From Candidatus Jorgensenbacteria bacterium GW2011_GWB1_50_10 (GTDB lineage: Bacteria; Patescibacteriota; Minisyncoccia; UBA6257; GWB1-50-10), in NCBI GenBank assembly GCA_001004105.1, contig LCQK01000001.1, positions 38,928 to 102,927 on the forward strand: a DNA stretch of 64,000 bases, written 5' to 3'. The notes beneath the pieces were generated by a model. That model did not search any database. It saw nothing but the letters and a program-made list of their open reading frames with translations, and was not told the origin of the DNA. Below, piece by piece: positions 18,891 through 28,138 of the stretch (position 1 is its first letter; each line of letters begins with the position of its first letter). The position numbers and the translations under genes are program-made.

Positions 18891-20564
18891 TTTTTTTAAC
18901 CAAAGAACCGGTCCGGTCGTCCGCTCCACTTCGTCAAAGCTCGTTATCCCTTCCAAAATTTTAAGGATGCCGTCTTCCTGCATCGTAACCAAACCCGCCG
19001 CTCTTGCCAAGCCCTTAAGCTCGATTTCGGTGGGATTTTTGTAGATTTCTTCTTCGATTTTATCGTCCACTACGAAAAGCTCGAAAATTGAGGTTCGGCC
19101 GCGGTAACCCAAGTTGCCGCACCTCTCGCAGCCCCGAGCTCCGTAAATTTTGAATTTTTCGTAGGGCTTTTTATCGACCCGCGCCGGCAAACGCCCGAGG
19201 AATTTTTTAATTGCCGCGGTGAGCTTTTCATCAAGGCGCATTTCTTTTTTGCAGTGTGGGCAGAGGACGCGGACAAGCCGCTGGGCGATGACTAAACTTA
19301 GGGCCGGTCCCAGAATTTGGGTTTTCGCGCCCAAATCAAGAAGCCGGGGGATGGCTCCTACAGCATCATTAGTGTGCAAGGTGGAGAAAACCAAGTGACC
19401 GGTCAAGGATGCATTCATGGCGATCTCTGCCGTTTCCTTGTCGCGGATTTCGCCGACCAGTATCACGTCCGGGTCCTGCCTCAAGATGGAGCGGAGACCC
19501 GAAGCGAAAGTGTAGCCGCTTCCCTGGTCAACTTGGGTTTGGGAGACGCCGGAGAGATGATATTCAATCGGGTCTTCAATGGTGATGATTTTGATTTCGG
19601 GATTTACAATTTTCCGCAGGAAAGCGTAGAGGGTCGTCGTTTTGCCGCTCCCGGTGGGACCGGTGTTTAAAATAAGGCCGTTCGGCTTCTCAAGCTCGGC
19701 TCTTACGATTTCCAAGTCGTCCTTGCGCCAGCCGAGTTCTTCAAGATTGACTTTGAGGGAACGAGGGTCCAAGAGCCGGAGCACAACCGTTTCGCCATAC
19801 TCTGAGGGAATGACCGAGGTCCGGATTTCAATGTCGCGGTCGGTAAGATTGATGGTGAAGCGGCCGTCCTGGGGCTGGTCCTGAATATTCAACTTTAAAT
19901 TGGAGAGAAGCTTGATTCTTGTCACCACCGATTTGTATTTAACTTCTTCCAATTTGTCGTAGGCAGTGTGAAGGAGGCCGTCCACCCGGAGTCGGAGAGT
20001 GCCGGTTAACTCCCCTGGTTCCAGATGAATGTCGGAAGCGGAAAGGGCCAAGGCGCCGGCCAATACTATTTCCAAAATTTCCGAAGTGTAGGGGCTTTCA
20101 AAAGTTTCTATTTTTTCGCTTAGGTTTTCAAGGGTTTTAATTTCCTCACCCAGTTTTTTCAAATTCTTTTCATTAATTTCCACCCGGCCGCTGATCTCCT
20201 TACTAACAGGCGTCACGTATTGGTAATAGCTCCAGGCGTGCTCAAGCCCGGTTTTAGAGACGATGACCACCTCCACTTCGTGCTCTTTTTTCAGTTCTTT
20301 GATTATGGTTTCCGCCTCGGGCAGCTCTGGGTCAAAGGCGGCGACCACGAGTTTTCGGGTGACTCTCTGGAGAGGAACCAAAAAGGCGGCTTTCGCTTTT
20401 TCTTCCGGGACGAGGGTCATGGCTTTGATTTCGGTTGGCACGTGAACAGAAATCAAATCAAGGTAGCGGAGACCCAATTTTTTCGCCCGGCGCTTGGCGT
20501 CCTCTTCTTCGGCCTTGCGCCTGCCTTTGCTAAGTTTTTCGAGTAGTTCTTTGGCGAGAGCCAT
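18888..20564 (-). CDS. Type IV pilus/T2SS assembly ATPase (PilB/GspE)
   Basis: ASDIHLEP, TGPTGSGKTTTLY, EDPIEY, LRQDPD, CxxC pairs. Confidence 0.92.
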   Translation of the reverse strand: MALAKELLEKLSKGRRKAEEEDAKRRAKKLGLRYLDLISVHVPTEIKAMTLVPEEKAKAAFLVPLQRVTRKLVVAAFDPELPEAETIIKELKKEHEVEVVIVSKTGLEHAWSYYQYVTPVSKEISGRVEINEKNLKKLGEEIKTLENLSEKIETFESPYTSEILEIVLAGALALSASDIHLEPGELTGTLRLRVDGLLHTAYDKLEEVKYKSVVTRIKLLSNLKLNIQDQPQDGRFTINLTDRDIEIRTSVIPSEYGETVVLRLLDPRSLKVNLEELGWRKDDLEIVRAELEKPNGLILNTGPTGSGKTTTLYAFLRKIVNPEIKIITIEDPIEYHLSGVSQTQVDQGSGYTFASGLRSILRQDPDVILVGEIRDKETAEIAMNASLTGHLVFSTLHTNDAVGAIPRLLDLGAKTQILGPALSLVIAQRLVRVLCPHCKKEMRLDEKLTAAIKKFLGRLPARVDKKPYEKFKIYGARGCERCGNLGYRGRTSIFELFVVDDKIEEEIYKNPTEIELKGLARAAGLVTMQEDGILKILEGITSFDEVERTTGPVLWLKK

Positions 20565-20622
20565 TGCTTTTAGATTAGCTTTTTTAACCCCCGCTTACAA
20601 GATTTGTGGTTATAATTAGCTA

Positions 20623-21558
20623 ATGCCTGAACTACCCGAAGTAGAAACTATCGCCCGTGGTTTGAACCGGAAACTCCGGGGAAGAAAAATCACCGGTCTT
20701 TGGACCGATTGGCCGAAGTATTTCAAGCGCCCCTCGGGGGAAGCCGCTTTCCGGCGCCACATTACGGCCAAAAAAATTACGGGTGTTTCAAGACGGGCCA
20801 AAAACATTTTTATTCATCTCTCCGACCCGCTTCGCCCGCGAAGCGAGGCGAGCGACCATCTCCTTTTAGTCCACCAGAAGATGACCGGCCACCTGATGGT
20901 GGGCAAATGGAAGCCTTTCAAAGAACAAAAAGTTGGAGAAGTCTGGGCCGGGCAGAAATGGATTCCCGACCCCGCTCGGGGTCCCTTAATGGACCCGATG
21001 AACAGATTTATCCGGCTGATTTTTTTTCTGGACAATAAAGAAATGCTTGCTCTCTCCGACTTGCGGCGGTTCGCCAAAGTTCTCTGCGGCCCGGAAGAGG
21101 AGATTTTGGATTCGGCCGATATCAAAAAGCTTGGTCCGGAGCCGCTTGATGAAAAATTTGGTTATCCGAAATTCCGGGAGCTTTTTAAGAATAAAAAAGG
21201 CAGAATCAAACAGGTCCTGATGGACCAGAATTTTATCTCCGGCATCGGCAATATTTATGCCGACGAAATCCTATGGCTTTCTAAAATACACCCGCAAAAG
21301 AGCGTGGAAGACCTGAAAGAAAAGGATTTGAGAATTATTTTCAAAAACACGAGGTTCATCCTGAAAAAAGCGCTCCGCCTGCGGGGAACTTCCATAGATG
21401 ATTACCGCGACGCCGAAGGCCGCCGGGGCGGCTACGACAAGGTCCGCTACGTTTACCAGCGGGAGGACGAACCCTGCCCGCGCTGCGGAACGGAAATAAA
21501 GCGCCTTAAAATCGGCGGCCGGTCGGCTCATTTTTGTCCTAAATGCCAAAAAGTTTAA
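20623..21558 (+). CDS. mutM: Formamidopyrimidine-DNA glycosylase
   Basis: MPELPEVE, GIGNIYADE, C-terminal zinc finger. Confidence 0.96.
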   Translation: MPELPEVETIARGLNRKLRGRKITGLWTDWPKYFKRPSGEAAFRRHITAKKITGVSRRAKNIFIHLSDPLRPRSEASDHLLLVHQKMTGHLMVGKWKPFKEQKVGEVWAGQKWIPDPARGPLMDPMNRFIRLIFFLDNKEMLALSDLRRFAKVLCGPEEEILDSADIKKLGPEPLDEKFGYPKFRELFKNKKGRIKQVLMDQNFISGIGNIYADEILWLSKIHPQKSVEDLKEKDLRIIFKNTRFILKKALRLRGTSIDDYRDAEGRRGGYDKVRYVYQREDEPCPRCGTEIKRLKIGGRSAHFCPKCQKV

Positions 21559-21567
21559 AATAGGGAA

Positions 21568-22374
21568 ATGGTTTTCTTTCTTTACGGAGATGATTCATTC
21601 CGCCGCGGAGAGCGCCTCCGGGGACTCATTGCGCCCTACCGGGCCAAATATGCAAGTTTGGATTTACTCTCCGTTGATTTGGAGGACGAACCGGATAGTT
21701 GGCTAAAAGCGAGAGATTTCTTGAATCAACCATCCATGTTCGTTGAATCAAAAGTCGCCGTTCTAAAAGAGGCAACCGCCGTTTTGGATAAAGAATGGGT
21801 GAAAACCATAAAAGGTCAAATTGGCGCTCCTAAAACTTTCACTTTTATATCCCAAAAGAAAGCGCCCCCGAAAGATTTTAATTTTCTCCTTGAGCCGCCC
21901 GTTAAATCCCAAAAATTCAACGAACTCTCTCTCCGCGAGCTCGAGGGTCTCTTGAAAAGAGAGCTCAAAGCGAGGAATCTTGATTTTTCACCGGAGGCCT
22001 TTCGCTTTTTTTTCTCTTACATTGAGTCATCAGCCGAGAAGACCGCCCTTGCCTCGTCCGAACTCGAAAAGATGAGTTTGATGGACTTGGAGAAACCCAC
22101 ACCGCTTGAGGCGCTCCGGGAAATCGTCGCTTGGAGAACAGGCACGGAGGCCTATGTTTTGGCCTCCGAAATTCTGCGCCTTAAAGATTTCCGTTTGAAA
22201 TTGAAATCCTTGGAAAAACTCCTCTTGGGAGAAGACCCTTATTACGCTTTCAATTCCCTGGCCTATCAGGCGAGAGGCGCCTCGGCTTTAGCTCTTGCCG
22301 ATTACGACGTTTCCATAAAAAGCGGCGGTCTGGAGCAGGCCGAGGCACTCTTAGACTTTGTCCTGAGCCCCTGA
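21568..22374 (+). CDS. holA: DNA polymerase III delta subunit-like
   Basis: FFLYGDDSF start, ELEK, DVSIKSG; next to rpsT. Confidence 0.7.
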   Translation: MVFFLYGDDSFRRGERLRGLIAPYRAKYASLDLLSVDLEDEPDSWLKARDFLNQPSMFVESKVAVLKEATAVLDKEWVKTIKGQIGAPKTFTFISQKKAPPKDFNFLLEPPVKSQKFNELSLRELEGLLKRELKARNLDFSPEAFRFFFSYIESSAEKTALASSELEKMSLMDLEKPTPLEALREIVAWRTGTEAYVLASEILRLKDFRLKLKSLEKLLLGEDPYYAFNSLAYQARGASALALADYDVSIKSGGLEQAEALLDFVLSP

Positions 22375-22635
22375 TTAACTCTTCGCCAGTTTCTTTGCGA
22401 GACGTGATTTTAACCGATTAGCTTTATTAGGCTTAATAAACCCAACCTTGGCCATTTTATCGAGAGTTTTGTAAATCTTAGGCAGTATAACCTTGGCTTC
22501 GGTTAGTTTTTTCCCCTCGAGAAACCCACGGTAAGATTTAATTGCTTCCTTGATTTTGTCCTTGCGGAGAAGATTTTGTTTGCGCCGCCTTATGTTTTGA
22601 CGAAGCGCTTTTTTGGCTGATTTAATTTTTGGCAT
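22375..22635 (-). CDS. rpsT: 30S ribosomal protein S20
   Basis: MPKIKSAKKALRQ...NKANRLKSRL. Confidence 0.95.
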   Translation of the reverse strand: MPKIKSAKKALRQNIRRRKQNLLRKDKIKEAIKSYRGFLEGKKLTEAKVILPKIYKTLDKMAKVGFIKPNKANRLKSRLAKKLAKS

Positions 22636-22682
22636 GCCGTTTTATTAAAACTGACGAGCGGAGCAAAGTCAAGTTTTATCAT

Positions 22683-22805
22683 AAAACGAGCACCCTGTTA
22701 GATGGCGCTTTGCGCCTATCTAACGGGGTAACCCCAGTGAGATAGCCTTGCATCTCACGGGGTAAGGGTTTGGCAGCCGCTCAAACTTCGCCTACGGCTC
22801 GTTTT
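22683..22805. repeat. Cluster of REP-like hairpins
   Basis: ACCCTGTTAGAT..ATCTAACGGGGT and ACCCCAGTGAGAT..ATCTCACGGGGT enclosed by AAAACGAGC/GCTCGTTTT. Confidence 0.7.
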
Positions 22806-22837
22806 CGCGGGCCAAGCCCTTTATAATAAAGAAACCA

Positions 22838-23431
22838 ATGATTTATTCCGTCTCCGGAAAAATTGTAAGTCGCGGCGAAGGTTTTTTTGTGCTTGACGCA
22901 GGCGGCGAGAACGGCGGTCTCTGCTTTAAAATCTTCACGAACGGGAGGACTCTGGACCGGTTGCCTAGGGAAGGCGGCCAGGCCCGGATTTTCACCTTTC
23001 TTTATATCCGCGAAGAGCGGCTGGAACTTTACGGATTTTTGGAAGAACAAGCTCTCCGTCTTTTTGAGATATTGAACACCGTTGCGGGCGTGGGGCCGAG
23101 AACCGCCCTGGGTGTTTTGGATACCGACGAAGTTCCCAATATCATGGCGGCAATCGTTGAACGGAAGACGGAATTTTTGACCAAAGCTTCCGGCATCGGC
23201 CGGAAGACGGCCGAACGAGTAATTTTGGAACTTCAGGGGCGAATCAAATTACCGGCCTCGAAGACACTCACCGAAAAGATGACGCTTGATGCCGAAGTGG
23301 AGGAAGCGCTCGTGAGCTTGGGTTATGGAAGATCCGACATAAGACGGGCGCTGCCCTCGATTGATTCGGAAGCAAAGACCCTGGAAGCGAGATTAAAAGA
23401 TGTCCTAAAATTTCTAGGAAGAAGGCATTGA
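22838..23431 (+). CDS. ruvA: Holliday junction DNA-binding protein RuvA
   Basis: ELYGF, GVGPRTAL, GIGRKTAERVILEL, ALVSLGY. Confidence 0.95.
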   Translation: MIYSVSGKIVSRGEGFFVLDAGGENGGLCFKIFTNGRTLDRLPREGGQARIFTFLYIREERLELYGFLEEQALRLFEILNTVAGVGPRTALGVLDTDEVPNIMAAIVERKTEFLTKASGIGRKTAERVILELQGRIKLPASKTLTEKMTLDAEVEEALVSLGYGRSDIRRALPSIDSEAKTLEARLKDVLKFLGRRH

Positions 23432-24654
23432 AGACGATGCGCAATTTTTATCATCTTGTTTTGGCTTTTTTGGGAAGCCTGATTTACGGCGCGCCCTCGA
23501 AAAAAATAACGGTCGTGGGCGTGACCGGCACGAAGGGTAAATCTCTGACCCTCCAAATTTTGGATTCGATTTTGGAATCGGCGGGGCGCAAAACCGCCCT
23601 CCTTTCCTCGGTTTGGATGAAGACCGGGGAGCACCTGGAGAATAATCCATTTTCCAACACCATGCCCGGCCGGGGTCTTATCCAGAAATTCCTGAAAAAG
23701 GCGGTTTTGGCTGGCTGCGAAATAGCGTTGGTGGAAGTCACCTCCGAGGGCGTCGTCCAGAACCGGCACCGTTTCATTGATTGGGACGCGGCTATTTTCC
23801 TTAATATCCACCCAGAACACATTGAAACCCACGGCGGTTTTGAAAATTACCGCGAAGCGAAGCTCCGGTTTTTCAGGGATTTGCGGCATTCAGCGAAACC
23901 CAGGAAGTACTTCGTAATAAACAGCGACGACGAGAACCGCGCTTATTTTACGGCGGCCGCAGGAGGCGTCCCGGGGGGAGAAATTCGGTTTTTTCGGCGC
24001 AAGGAAGCCGAGCCGCTTGTGAGAAAAATAAAAGAAAAAAAACCGGATTGGCTTACGGCTTCTTTCGTTCTGGAAGACGTGGCGGCGGCGGCGGAAACGG
24101 CGGAAGTGCTCGGCGTGGACGCTGAAAAAATCATTGAAGGACTGAACAATTTCCGGGGCTTGAGGGGCCGGTTGGATTTCATCCAAAAGAAGCCGTTTGC
24201 GGTTGTCGTTGACTACGCCCACACGCCCGATTCTTTGCGGGCGGTCTACGTTGCCCTGCGGCGTCAAGTGCCAAAAGTTAAAGGTCATAAGTTAATTTGC
24301 GTTCTGGGTTCGGCGGGCGGCGGCCGCGACAAGTGGAAGCGGCCGGAGCTCGGCAGAATCGCTGGCGATTACTGCGATAAGGTGATTCTCACGGGCGAAG
24401 ACCCTTATGACGAAAATCCCGAAGAAATTATGAAGGCGATTGAAGCCGGCATTCCCGCGGCTAAGGCGAAAAACGTTTCGAAAATAAGCGACCGGCGGGA
24501 AGCGCTCAGGGCAGCGGTGAGGAACGCAAAGAGAGGTGACCTCGTCGTTTCAACCGGCATGGGAAGCCAGGAATGGTTTTACGGTCCGCGCGGCGCGAAG
24601 ATTCCCTGGGATGAGCGCAAGATTATTGAAGAAATATTGAAGAACAAGAGGTGA
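23428..24654 (+). CDS. murE: Mur ligase, MurE-like
   Basis: GVTGTKGKS, VDYAHTPDSL, GGGRDKWKRP. Confidence 0.8.
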   Translation: MKTMRNFYHLVLAFLGSLIYGAPSKKITVVGVTGTKGKSLTLQILDSILESAGRKTALLSSVWMKTGEHLENNPFSNTMPGRGLIQKFLKKAVLAGCEIALVEVTSEGVVQNRHRFIDWDAAIFLNIHPEHIETHGGFENYREAKLRFFRDLRHSAKPRKYFVINSDDENRAYFTAAAGGVPGGEIRFFRRKEAEPLVRKIKEKKPDWLTASFVLEDVAAAAETAEVLGVDAEKIIEGLNNFRGLRGRLDFIQKKPFAVVVDYAHTPDSLRAVYVALRRQVPKVKGHKLICVLGSAGGGRDKWKRPELGRIAGDYCDKVILTGEDPYDENPEEIMKAIEAGIPAAKAKNVSKISDRREALRAAVRNAKRGDLVVSTGMGSQEWFYGPRGAKIPWDERKIIEEILKNKR

Positions 24655-24667
24655 TATAATTTTAACG

Positions 24668-26023
24668 ATGAAACTCACTTTTTGGGGCGGCGCAAAGATG
24701 GTGACGGGCGCCAATTACTTGCTTGAGTCCGGCGGCACGAAAATTTTAATTGATTGCGGTCTTCATCAAGGTTCGCGCTACTGCGAGCGCCACAATTTTG
24801 AACCATTCCCTTACAAACCAGAAGAGATTACCGCGGTTTTTGTCACTCACGCTCATATCGACCACATCGGCCGGCTGCCGTCGCTCTATCGGGCCGGTTT
24901 TCGGGGTGAAATATATTCGACCGGCCCGACCAAGGATTTCGCCGAGCTCCTGCTTTTGGACTCGGAACACATTTTAAGAAGAGAAGCAGAGCGCGAAAAA
25001 AAGCCGCCGCTTTACGATACAAATGATGTTGTGCAAACGATGGGTCTCTGGAGAAAGCAGAGTTACCACGAGAAAGTGACGGTCGGGCCGTATGAAATTG
25101 AATTTTACGATGCCGGCCACATCCTCGGTTCAAGTTCGCTCGTTGTGAAAACTGAAGGAAAAACAGCGGTTTTCTCGGGTGATTTGGGTAATACGCCGGC
25201 GCCGCTCATCAAACCCGTTGAATACGTGAAGGAGGCAAATTACGCCTTAGTTGAATCGGTCTACGGCGGCAGAGTTCATGAGCGTCCCGAGGCGAGAAAA
25301 GACCAGCTTGAGAATTTGATTGAGGACATAGTGAAGTCCGGCGGCACGCTTATGATTCCGTCCTTTGCTTTGGAGCGGACCCAGGAGCTCCTCACGGAAT
25401 TGAACGAACTCGTCGAGAACGGCCGCATTCCGCGGGTGCCGATTTTTATTGACAGCCCCCTCGCCATCCGGCTCACCAGCGTCTATCAGAAATATTCAAC
25501 CGACCCGCGCTACTTTAACAAAGAAGCAATTGCCGCGATTCAGGGGGGAGACGCAATTTTCAATTTTGCTGGGCTCAAGATGACTTTGACGACGGAGCAA
25601 TCCAAAGAAATAAATAACGTTCCGCCGCCGAAAGTGATTGTCGCGGGGGCCGGCATGTCAAATGGCGGAAGAATTTTGCACCACGAACAAAGATATTTGT
25701 CCGACCCTAAAAGTGCCATTCTTTTCATTGGTTATCAGGCCAAAGGCTCCTTAGGTCGTGAGATTTTGGACGGTGCGGATTCCGTAAAGATTTACGGTGA
25801 AGAGATTCCAGTCCGGTGCAAAAAAGTGGCAATCGGTGGATATTCGGCTCATGCCGACCAACCTCAGCTTTTGCGGTGGGCTTCGAGCATGCGGGGGAGT
25901 TTAAAAAAAATATTCGTGGTCCAGGGCGAAGAAAAGGAGGCCGGAGCCCTTGCCCAAAAAATAAAAGACGAACTGGCGATTGAAGCGGAAATTCCTTCGC
26001 TTGGCGAGGAAGCGGTGTTATAA
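24668..26023 (+). CDS. MBL-fold beta-CASP nuclease
   Basis: THAHIDHIG, AGHILGS, FSGDLG, YSAHADQ. Confidence 0.88.
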   Translation: MKLTFWGGAKMVTGANYLLESGGTKILIDCGLHQGSRYCERHNFEPFPYKPEEITAVFVTHAHIDHIGRLPSLYRAGFRGEIYSTGPTKDFAELLLLDSEHILRREAEREKKPPLYDTNDVVQTMGLWRKQSYHEKVTVGPYEIEFYDAGHILGSSSLVVKTEGKTAVFSGDLGNTPAPLIKPVEYVKEANYALVESVYGGRVHERPEARKDQLENLIEDIVKSGGTLMIPSFALERTQELLTELNELVENGRIPRVPIFIDSPLAIRLTSVYQKYSTDPRYFNKEAIAAIQGGDAIFNFAGLKMTLTTEQSKEINNVPPPKVIVAGAGMSNGGRILHHEQRYLSDPKSAILFIGYQAKGSLGREILDGADSVKIYGEEIPVRCKKVAIGGYSAHADQPQLLRWASSMRGSLKKIFVVQGEEKEAGALAQKIKDELAIEAEIPSLGEEAVL

Positions 26024-26036
26024 TTTAAATACCAAC

Positions 26037-26654
26037 ATGCCGAAGAAAGAGACGTCCATTATTAATCACAACCACGGTTACCGCTTGAAATACAAAATCT
26101 GCGTCTCGGGGGCGGCCGAAACCGGCCATTGCGTCGCGGAGGCCCTGGAGAGAGCTGAAGAGATAGGGCGGGAAATCGCGAAGCGCGGTTTGGTGCTCGT
26201 CACCGGTGCCACAACCGGCATTCCTTACTGGGCGGCCAAGGGCGCGAAAGCCGAAGGCGGCATTGTCATCGGCATTTCGCCGGCCGCCACCAAACTTCAG
26301 CACGTTAAAACTTACCGCTTACCGGTTGATTATCATGATCTTATTATTTACACCGGGTTTGAGTACGCGGGCCGGAACCTTCTTCTCACGCGGGCAGCGG
26401 ATGCCGTTATTACTCTTTGCGGCCGCATCGGCACCTTAAACGAATTCACCGACGCCTTTGAGGACCAGAAACCCCAGGGTGTGCTTCTCGGCACTGGCGG
26501 CACCACCGAGCTCCTGCCGGAAATCATTGAGAAAGCCCACCGGGGAAGCGGCAAGGTAATTTTTGCCCGCGAACCCAAAGACCTTATTGATAAACTTCTC
26601 AATTTAATTGAGAGTGAAGAGGCCAAAAACGGCATCAAAGGTCGGGTAATTTAG
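26037..26654 (+). CDS. LOG/SLOG family protein
   Basis: LVTGATTG, GRN, GTLNE motifs; ATG 26037 after TGTTATAAT. Confidence 0.75.
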   Translation: MPKKETSIINHNHGYRLKYKICVSGAAETGHCVAEALERAEEIGREIAKRGLVLVTGATTGIPYWAAKGAKAEGGIVIGISPAATKLQHVKTYRLPVDYHDLIIYTGFEYAGRNLLLTRAADAVITLCGRIGTLNEFTDAFEDQKPQGVLLGTGGTTELLPEIIEKAHRGSGKVIFAREPKDLIDKLLNLIESEEAKNGIKGRVI

Positions 26655-26663
26655 CTAATTAAA

Positions 26664-26948
26664 ATGGGATTTTTTTCAGGTTTATTTTCCAAAAAATCCG
26701 AAGGGCCGCAGCCAATCGGCGAAGTGACTCATTACTACGGCGGCTTGGGCGTGGCGATTGTTAAATTTCACCGTCCCGTGAAAGTCGGTGAAAGAGTGAA
26801 TTTTAAGGGAGCGACCACGGATTTCAAGGAAACAATCAAATCAATGCAGTTTGACCACCAGGACGTTATGGAGGCCAAAAAGAATCAGGAGGTAGGCATC
26901 AAAGTCGGCAATAAGGTGAGGGAAGGCGACCACGTTTACGAGGCCTAA
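26664..26948 (+). CDS. Small beta-barrel protein (EF-Tu domain II/U32 C-terminal-like)
   Basis: IGEVTHYY, VGIKV..KVREGD. Confidence 0.65.
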   Translation: MGFFSGLFSKKSEGPQPIGEVTHYYGGLGVAIVKFHRPVKVGERVNFKGATTDFKETIKSMQFDHQDVMEAKKNQEVGIKVGNKVREGDHVYEA

Positions 26949-26957
26949 AGTCTTTTA

Positions 26958-28073
26958 ATGAGCCGGAATTCGATTTTGGCCGCAAGCATCCTTGCGGGAA
27001 CGATGATTGGCGCGGGAATTTTTTCCCTGCCTTACGTTTTCAATGAAGTCGGGATTTTAGCCGGCTTTTTTTATTTGGTCTTTTTCGCTTCGGTCTACGT
27101 CGCCCTCTATCTCATGTACGCGGCGGTCTTGCGAACCAGGGAAGGCCGGCACGACTTTTCTTATTTTGCCGACCTGTATCTGCCGAAAAAGATTTCAGGC
27201 TTGGCATCACTTGCGATCCTTGCGGAGACGATTTTCGTTCTCACGATATATTTAGTTCTTGCCCCAACTTTCATTTCCTTAATTGCCGAGACGAATCCGC
27301 TTTTTGCGGTTTCGGTTTTTTGGTTCCTCGGTTCGATTTTCATTTTTGCGAGTCTCGCCTGGCAGGGCATGGCCGAACTTCTGGGAACGCTCGCGATAAT
27401 CTTCGTTGTCTTCGTCGTGATTTTTTTGGGCGGGGAGAGTGGTTTTAACGCGCCGCTTTTCAAAAATTTAAGCGTTGCTTCTTTTTTCCTGCCTTTCGGC
27501 CCGCTTCTTTTTTCTTTTGCCGCAAGGGTTGCGGTCTCCCGGATGGTTGACGAAGAGCGAGAAGCAAAAAAAACAAGCCGTCCCTTCTCGCTCAAAGGGG
27601 CGATATTTTGGGGAACTTTTGTGCCAGCTTTGGTTTATTTTCTTTTTGTTTTGGGAATTTTGGGCTTGACGGATAACGTGACGCCGGAGGCCCTGAACAG
27701 TCTGGAAAATTTGCCGAGCTCGCTTCTTGCGATTTTCGGGATTTTGGGGCTCGTCACGATTTGGACTTCCTACTTTATAATTGGCGCCAATTTCCGGGAG
27801 ATTCTCACAGAGGACAAAAAAGTGAGGCCGTGGATTGCTTCCGCCCTCGTCCTCATCCTGCCGCTCGGGCTTTATTTTGCGGGTTTCCGGGATTTTTTAC
27901 CGACCCTTTCTTTTACCGGGAGCGTTTTTTTGGGATTGGAAGGAATATTTTTGATTACAATCTGGCGCCGGGTTTTTCCGCACCACCCTAAGAAATGGTT
28001 GAGTTGGCCGCTTTATCTTGTTTTTGCCGTGGCCTTGCTTTACGCTTTATTTCAGATGTTTCTGCCCTCGTAG
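26958..28073 (+). CDS. Aromatic amino acid permease family transporter
   Basis: GTMIGAGIFSLPY, many TM helices. Confidence 0.82.
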   Translation: MSRNSILAASILAGTMIGAGIFSLPYVFNEVGILAGFFYLVFFASVYVALYLMYAAVLRTREGRHDFSYFADLYLPKKISGLASLAILAETIFVLTIYLVLAPTFISLIAETNPLFAVSVFWFLGSIFIFASLAWQGMAELLGTLAIIFVVFVVIFLGGESGFNAPLFKNLSVASFFLPFGPLLFSFAARVAVSRMVDEEREAKKTSRPFSLKGAIFWGTFVPALVYFLFVLGILGLTDNVTPEALNSLENLPSSLLAIFGILGLVTIWTSYFIIGANFREILTEDKKVRPWIASALVLILPLGLYFAGFRDFLPTLSFTGSVFLGLEGIFLITIWRRVFPHHPKKWLSWPLYLVFAVALLYALFQMFLPS

Positions 28074-28135
28074 TTTAACGGATAAAACGCCTCCCTCCGA
28101 AGGAGGTGATAGAGGTTCAATTCCCCTCGAGGGCA
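28064..28135 (+). tRNA. tRNA-Arg(CCG)
   Basis: Acceptor GCCCTCG/CGAGGGC, anticodon arm CCTCC-CTCCGAA-GGAGG, GGTTCAATTCC T-arm. Confidence 0.9.
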
Positions 28136-28138
28136 CAT

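Noticed and set aside
28106-28138. N-terminal extension of MurB in the ORF track
   Set aside because: It lies inside tRNA-Arg; ATG 28139 gives a normal start.
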